Shown here: positions 28,026-32,000 of the stretch, piece after piece
Numbering within the stretch: the first letter of the stretch is position 1
Layout of the letters: every line of letters starts with the position of its first letter
Assembly (NCBI RefSeq): GCF_000008565.1
Contig: NC_001263.1
Location: 1,760,603 to 1,792,602, forward strand
Direction: 5' to 3'
From: Deinococcus radiodurans R1 = ATCC 13939 = DSM 20539
Lineage (GTDB): Bacteria > Deinococcota > Deinococci > Deinococcales > Deinococcaceae
Length of the DNA: 32,000 nt
Translations under genes and position numbers: made by a program
Notes under the pieces: model-generated
Seen by the model: only the letters and a program-made list of their open reading frames with translations
Told to the model about the DNA's origin: nothing
Databases searched by the model: none

Positions 28026-28095
28026 ATACGGTTTTAATCCGATTCCCGAACATCCGGAAAGGCGCCGGATGCCCGTCCACTCCTTAAAACCGTAT
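28026..28095. repeat. Small palindromic element (12-bp perfect terminal inverted repeat)
   Basis: atacggttttaa at 28026-28037 pairs with ttaaaaccgtat at 28084-28095. An inner hairpin is catccgg-N7-ccggatg. A related aaaccgtat end recurs at 30525-30533, on the other side of the IS. Confidence 0.5.
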
Positions 28096-28158
28096 TTTTT
28101 CCATCAATGGTTCGTGCAGTTTTGAGCCCAAAAGGAAAGACCCATTGAAAATGGAGCT

Positions 28159-28566
28159 GTGAAATCACCGCTTCCAATGGGTCTGATGGCCATCCTACAG
28201 TACGTTCTCAGCGCGGTCCCGCTGCGCAAGACGCAGCGGAATTTCCTGACCGTGCTGCTCAGCGTTTTTCTCGCTGTTCCTGGACGGCTGAACGCCCTGA
28301 ATCTCTCCCGGTATGCAGCCTGCTCGGAGAGTACGATTCGTCGTTGGCTGCACCGAAGTGACGATGGGGCCATTCCGTGGGGCGCGTTACACCAGGCGAC
28401 TGTCAGTACAGCAATCGAGAGTGGGCTGATCAGCCCACTGTGCGTTCTGGCCATCGACGCCTCTTTTCACCGCAAAGCCGGTCAGCACACCGCACACCTC
28501 GGCTCGTTCTGGAATGGCTGTGCCGCGCGGACCGAACGCGGAATCGAGCAATCCTGTTGTGCCCTA
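28159..28566 (+). pseudogene. Outer IS transposase, N-terminal fragment (first catalytic Asp region)
   Basis: The frame contains ...CVLAIDASFHRKAGQHT... and is interrupted after codon CTA at 28564-28566. The track ORF then reads a few codons into the inserted element. Confidence 0.78.
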
Positions 28567-29572
28567 TTGATCGCGTCGTAGATTTGAGTCGATAAGTCGT
28601 TGAGGCAGTTCGATATACCGAAGGCGCTGCCACGCGCTGACCAGTCGCCCTTTGAGTTCAACGATCGAACGCGCACAGAAATTCCCCAACGCATTCCGCT
28701 TCACGTATGCCCACACCAGCTCAATCGGGTTCAATTCCGGGGCGTACGGCGGTAGAAACACCAGTGAGAGGCGTTCGTGGGTCTCCACGAACGCCTGAGT
28801 GGCTTTAGATCGATGAATGCCCGCGTTGTCCAGCACTACCACAAGCTCCCCTTGGATGTGCCGCAGGAGGTGTCGAAAGAACTGAGTGACATCCGTACTC
28901 CGAATCGCTCCAGATCTTGTGTTTTGGAAGAATCGTCCGTCCGAGGTTATTGCCCCGATGGTGGAGAGCTTCTCCCAATTCGCCGGAAGCTTGACCAGGG
29001 GCGTCACGCCCCTGGTTCCCCAAGTCCGCCTTCGCACGCCTTTCAGCGAGAAGCCGACCTCATCCAGATACACTAGGATTGCGCCCTCAGCGACCTTTTT
29101 TTTCCAACTCCGGTGCAACCTGTTCTTTCCAGGATGCGATCCGAAGTTCGTTGCGCTCGGCCGCTCGGCCATCTGGCATCTGGGGCGTAAACCCCAAGCG
29201 TCTGAGAATCTTCCGCACGTGGTCGTGGTGGTACCACACGTCAAAGTGCCGCCCAATCAGGTTGGTGACGCGTAGGGTCGTCCAGGTGTCATCAGGGAAG
29301 CCATGGTGCAGGGCGCCCTCCCGCAGGAAGGTGCGAAGCTGCTCGTGTTGCGTCGCGCTCAGACGTGCAGAAGCGCCACGGGCAACGGTGGCCTGAAGGC
29401 CACCGTTACGCTTCAGGCGGGCTTTCCAGGTGTACACGGTGTGTACCGACACGCCGAAGTGCTGAGCAATCTCTCGGTTTCGATGCGTCCCACGTTCAAT
29501 CCATTCAAGCGCGGCCAAGCGGCGCTCCTCAAGCTGAGCGCGGGAATACTGGGTCGGCTGCCATCCGGGCAT
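28564..29572 (-). CDS. IS630-family DDE transposase, in two overlapping frames joined at an A8 run
   Basis: The N-terminal frame 29572-29087 carries HTH regions (REIAQHFGVSVHTVYTWKAR). The C-terminal frame carries YLDEVGF, VVLDNAGIH and PPYAPELNPIELVW (a DDE triad). The frames differ by +1 at T8/A8 29096-29103, and removing one A would give a single 335-codon ORF. Confidence 0.8.
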
Positions 29573-29610
29573 ACGGCCAGCTTACCAATTCATACCTACA
29601 CCGTTATCAA
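28567..29610 (-). mobile_element. IS630-family insertion sequence (inner element), 1044 bp, flanked by a TA duplication
   Basis: The imperfect 30-bp terminal inverted repeats are ttgatcgcgtcgtagatttga... and the reverse complement of ...cctacaccgttatcaa, matching at 21 of 30 positions. TA lies at 28565-28566 and at 29611-29612. Removing the element plus one TA restores the outer transposase frame. Confidence 0.87.
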
Positions 29611-29612
29611 TA

Positions 29613-30407
29613 ATTGATGTCCAGCACCGGCAGGCCTTGACGGTCGATGTCCGTCAGACCCTGACCGGGTCTGAGGCTCCAAGTCGTCTGGAACAGGCCG
29701 CCGATCAGCTGGATGACGTGCTGCTCGATCTCCGGACTGTTCAACAGCTTGATCTGGCTGCTGTCGTTGCCGACGGGAATTACGCGAAGGAACCCATCGT
29801 GGAGACCGTGACGGGTCACGGTCTCCCGTTTATCTCCAGATTGCCTCGCAACGCCAACCTCAACGACCTCTACACCGGTGAGCATCCCAGACGACGGGGG
29901 CGAAAGAAGAAGTTCGACGGTAAGGTGGACTTCAGTGACCTGCAGCGCTTCGACCTCGTCTCTGCAAGGCCGACTGAGCGGGTGTGGACGCAGGTGGTCT
30001 GGAGCGTGCAGTGGGCGCGGGAAGTGCGCGCAGTCGTCATTCAGCAGATTGGTAAAAAGGGTCAGGTCACCGGCTACGCGGTGCTGTTCAGCACCGCTGT
30101 GACCATGCCGGCTCATGAGGTCATGGCGCTGTATCGAAGCCGCTTTGAGATCGAACTGATCTTCCGGGATGCCAAACAGTTCCTGGGGGGCCAGGATGTG
30201 CAACTGCGGTCACAGCAGGGCATCGAGGCGCATTGGAACGTGGTGCTGCTGACCCTGAATCTTTGCCGACTGGAGGCCCTGCGAGCGGCAGGTGGCGGGC
30301 AGGATCTGGTGTTCAGTCTCGAAGACATGAAACGCAGGGCGTATAACGCCCTGCTGGCCCAGGTCATTTTATCCAATCTGGACCTCTCGGCTCGCTTTGA
30401 AGAATGA
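29613..30407 (+). pseudogene. Outer IS transposase, C-terminal fragment
   Basis: This piece is in frame with 28159-28566 once 28567-29612 is removed (C-A-L | I-D-V-Q-H-R). It contains AAVVADGNYAK (second Asp) and YRSRFEIELIFRDAKQ (the Y-R-E-K motif of IS4-superfamily transposases). Confidence 0.78.
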
Positions 30408-30531
30408 GCGAATTCGCCGTTCAGTCCGCTGGATTTCGGACTTAAAGCCGCCTAAAACTGCACGAACCATTGTTTATGCGCTCCGCGCAAAATTGCGCCC
30501 GGACATGTCCGGTACTCAATTTGAAACCGTA

Positions 30532-31284
30532 TTACAGCGCTGCCCGGGGCCGCCGCCACGCGCTCAGGCTGCCGAGCAGCACCAGCCCCGCCGCCACCGC
30601 CACGCCGAGCACGACGGTGGACACCTCAGGCCGGGCGACGTAGACGCCGTAAAAGGCCCACAGCAGCACCGCCGCGAAGGCGTAGTCGCGGAAGCGCCAC
30701 AGGAAAAACACGCCGATGGCCGCCGCCACCACGAGCAGCAGCGCCGACCACACCGGCCCGGCAATCCCGAGGAAGCTCTGCGTGACCCCCGCACTGACGA
30801 GGAACGCCGTGATGTTGGCGATGGTCGCCACGCTGATCCAGGCGAGGTAGAGGCTGACGGGAAGTTGCAGCGTCCAGCGCTCGGCGCCCTGCGGCGGCAG
30901 ACTGCGCACGCTGAGGTACAGCCGGACCAGCACCGCGAGCAGCGCCAGCATGATCACCACGCTCAGCCCGATGTTGAGGCTCTGGAACGCGAGTAGCCAC
31001 GCGACATTGAGCAGGTTACCCAGGAGAAACGGCCAGAACAGCCGGTCCAGCCGCGCCCCACGCTGCGCCGGGAGCGCCTGATAGACGGCGAACACGAGCA
31101 GCCCCAGGAAAATCGGCCCCCACACCGTGAACGTCAGCCCCGCAGGGGTGAAGGCGTTCGGCAAACGGTCACTCACCTCCGCGTTGGAATTGCCGAACAG
31201 CGGCAGGGCGTTGGAGAGGTAATTCACCACCAGCGTGAGCACGGTCGCGGCGAGGAGCGTCACTTGGCGCGCAAGTCCAGTCAT
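30532..31284 (-). CDS. Integral membrane protein, TspO/MBR-related (tryptophan-rich sensory protein-like)
   Basis: There are about seven hydrophobic segments. The N-terminal pattern VNYLSNALPLFG...FTPAGLTFTVWGPIFLGL resembles the long TspO-related family, but I made that family call from memory. Confidence 0.55.
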   Translation of the reverse strand: MTGLARQVTLLAATVLTLVVNYLSNALPLFGNSNAEVSDRLPNAFTPAGLTFTVWGPIFLGLLVFAVYQALPAQRGARLDRLFWPFLLGNLLNVAWLLAFQSLNIGLSVVIMLALLAVLVRLYLSVRSLPPQGAERWTLQLPVSLYLAWISVATIANITAFLVSAGVTQSFLGIAGPVWSALLLVVAAAIGVFFLWRFRDYAFAAVLLWAFYGVYVARPEVSTVVLGVAVAAGLVLLGSLSAWRRPRAAL

Positions 31285-31295
31285 GCCTCAGCTTA

Positions 31296-31431
31296 TACGG
31301 AGCTGAACTCTTCTTCAGAGATGGCGGAAAAACGCCGCCATCTCTTCCGCGCCGCTCAGCTCCGTATTTTCTTTTACTCACTCCGTTCGGAAAAATAGTT
31401 TGATTATCCAAACTATTTTTCAAATTGGTAT
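31296..31431. repeat. Double-hairpin small non-coding repeat (family 4), copy 2 (inverted relative to copy 1)
   Basis: This copy is the reverse complement of 22994-23129 with a handful of substitutions. Hairpin 1 is perfect here (aaaaatagtttg attatc caaactattttt). Confidence 0.85.
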
Positions 31432-31539
31432 TAAAGGCCCTCTGCCCGCAGGGGCTGTCCGGAAGATGACACACCCGGCATACAAACATTAGAAAATCAA
31501 TCGGTTGACTTTTTAAAGCATCTATTCCATCCTGGACCT

Positions 31540-32000
31540 ATGACGCCTCCCCCGCTCTCCCCCACCACGCACCTCGGCCCGGTGACGCTGCTCGCCCGCG
31601 ATTTGGAGGGACTGACGGCGTTTTACGCAGGGCTGCTGGGACTGAGCACGGCGCCGGACGGCTCAGGCCGCGTGGTGCTGAGCGCTCACGGCACGCCGCT
31701 GCTGCGCCTGGAAGCGGCGCCCGACCTGCCCCGCGCGCCGGTGAGCAGGCCGGGGCTCTACCACACCGCCTTCCTGCTCCCCACCCGCGCCGACCTGGGC
31801 CGCTGGGTGGCGCACGCGGCGGGACTGGGCAGCGGACTGGGCAGCGGCGACCACCTGGTGAGCGAGGCGTTTTACCTCAGCGACCCGGAAGGCAACGGCA
31901 TCGAGGTCTACGCCGACCGGCCCCGCGAGGGCTGGACCTGGCGGGACGGGCAGGTGCAGATGGATACGCTGGCGGTAGACGTGCCGGGCGTGCTCGCCGA
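31540..32000 (+). CDS. VOC-family (glyoxalase / extradiol dioxygenase-like) protein; the 3' end lies outside the window
   Basis: This ORF is not in the supplied track because it has no stop codon in the window. From the ATG at 31540 it reads [35 protein letters not shown]...[10 protein letters not shown]...[20 protein letters not shown], a typical VOC pattern. Confidence 0.75.
   Translation, partial: MTPPPLSPTTHLGPVTLLARDLEGLTAFYAGLLGLSTAPDGSGRVVLSAHGTPLLRLEAAPDLPRAPVSRPGLYHTAFLLPTRADLGRWVAHAAGLGSGLGSGDHLVSEAFYLSDPEGNGIEVYADRPREGWTWRDGQVQMDTLAVDVPGVLA

Larger units (their letters stand above)
28105..30472 (+). mobile_element. IS4/IS701-like insertion sequence (outer element), disrupted by a nested IS
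   Basis: The 19-bp perfect terminal inverted repeat is CAATGGTTCGTGCAGTTTT (28105-28123, and the reverse complement of 30454-30472). It encodes a DDE transposase split into two pieces. Without the insert it would be about 1.32 kb. Confidence 0.82.

Noticed and set aside
28095-30482. A target-site duplication for the outer IS4/IS701-like element.
   Set aside because: The flanks are ttttttccat on the left and tttatgcgct on the right. They share no convincing direct repeat of 3-9 bp, so I make no claim.
31169-31489. Short ORFs that translate the repeats into recurring peptides. These are LKKSSAPY at 8641-9075, 22974-23195 and 31169-31489; [10 protein letters not shown]-type at 7229 and 15511-15876; and ORFs over 5693-6082 and 10838-11338.
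   Set aside because: The similarity comes from repeated non-coding DNA, appears in either orientation, and lacks start or RBS context. The N-terminal extensions of real genes into these repeats (7229, 15548, 23094) were trimmed for the same reason.

Overview
This is a high-GC bacterial chromosomal segment. The gene content and the dense small non-coding repeats look like Deinococcus, and from memory resemble the D. radiodurans chromosome I region around pgi; I could not verify that here. I support about 31 intact protein genes, one tRNA-Ala(CGC), several intrinsic terminators, at least four families of small repeats (SNR/MITE-like) and one nested insertion-sequence structure.

Most genes are ordinary housekeeping or envelope genes: GlcE-like oxidase, CpdB-like nucleotidase, lepB, a PadR regulator, pgi, an MFS transporter, meaB, LysM-NlpC/P60, family-4 UDG, a CLC channel, minC, an S1-domain protein, an HtrA protease, lysA and mnmA. 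I see no CRISPR array, rRNA, prophage or recognisable defence island.

The items most worth a second look are:
- A tightly packed operon of three secreted proteins (FlgT-like, LPP20-like, CsgG-like) at 722-3239, with no flagellar or curli genes nearby.
- A roughly 400 bp AT-rich structured region (about 46% GC) upstream of the LysM-NlpC/P60 hydrolase gene.
- An IS630-family element inserted at a TA inside the transposase gene of an IS4/IS701-like element. Its own transposase ORF is split at an A8 run and terminated by a stop codon built from the TA target site.
- Repeat families present as inverted or direct pairs that bracket 5-8 kb gene blocks.
- An overlapping PadR / membrane protein / signal peptidase I operon.

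All domain calls were made by eye from motifs. None were checked against a database.
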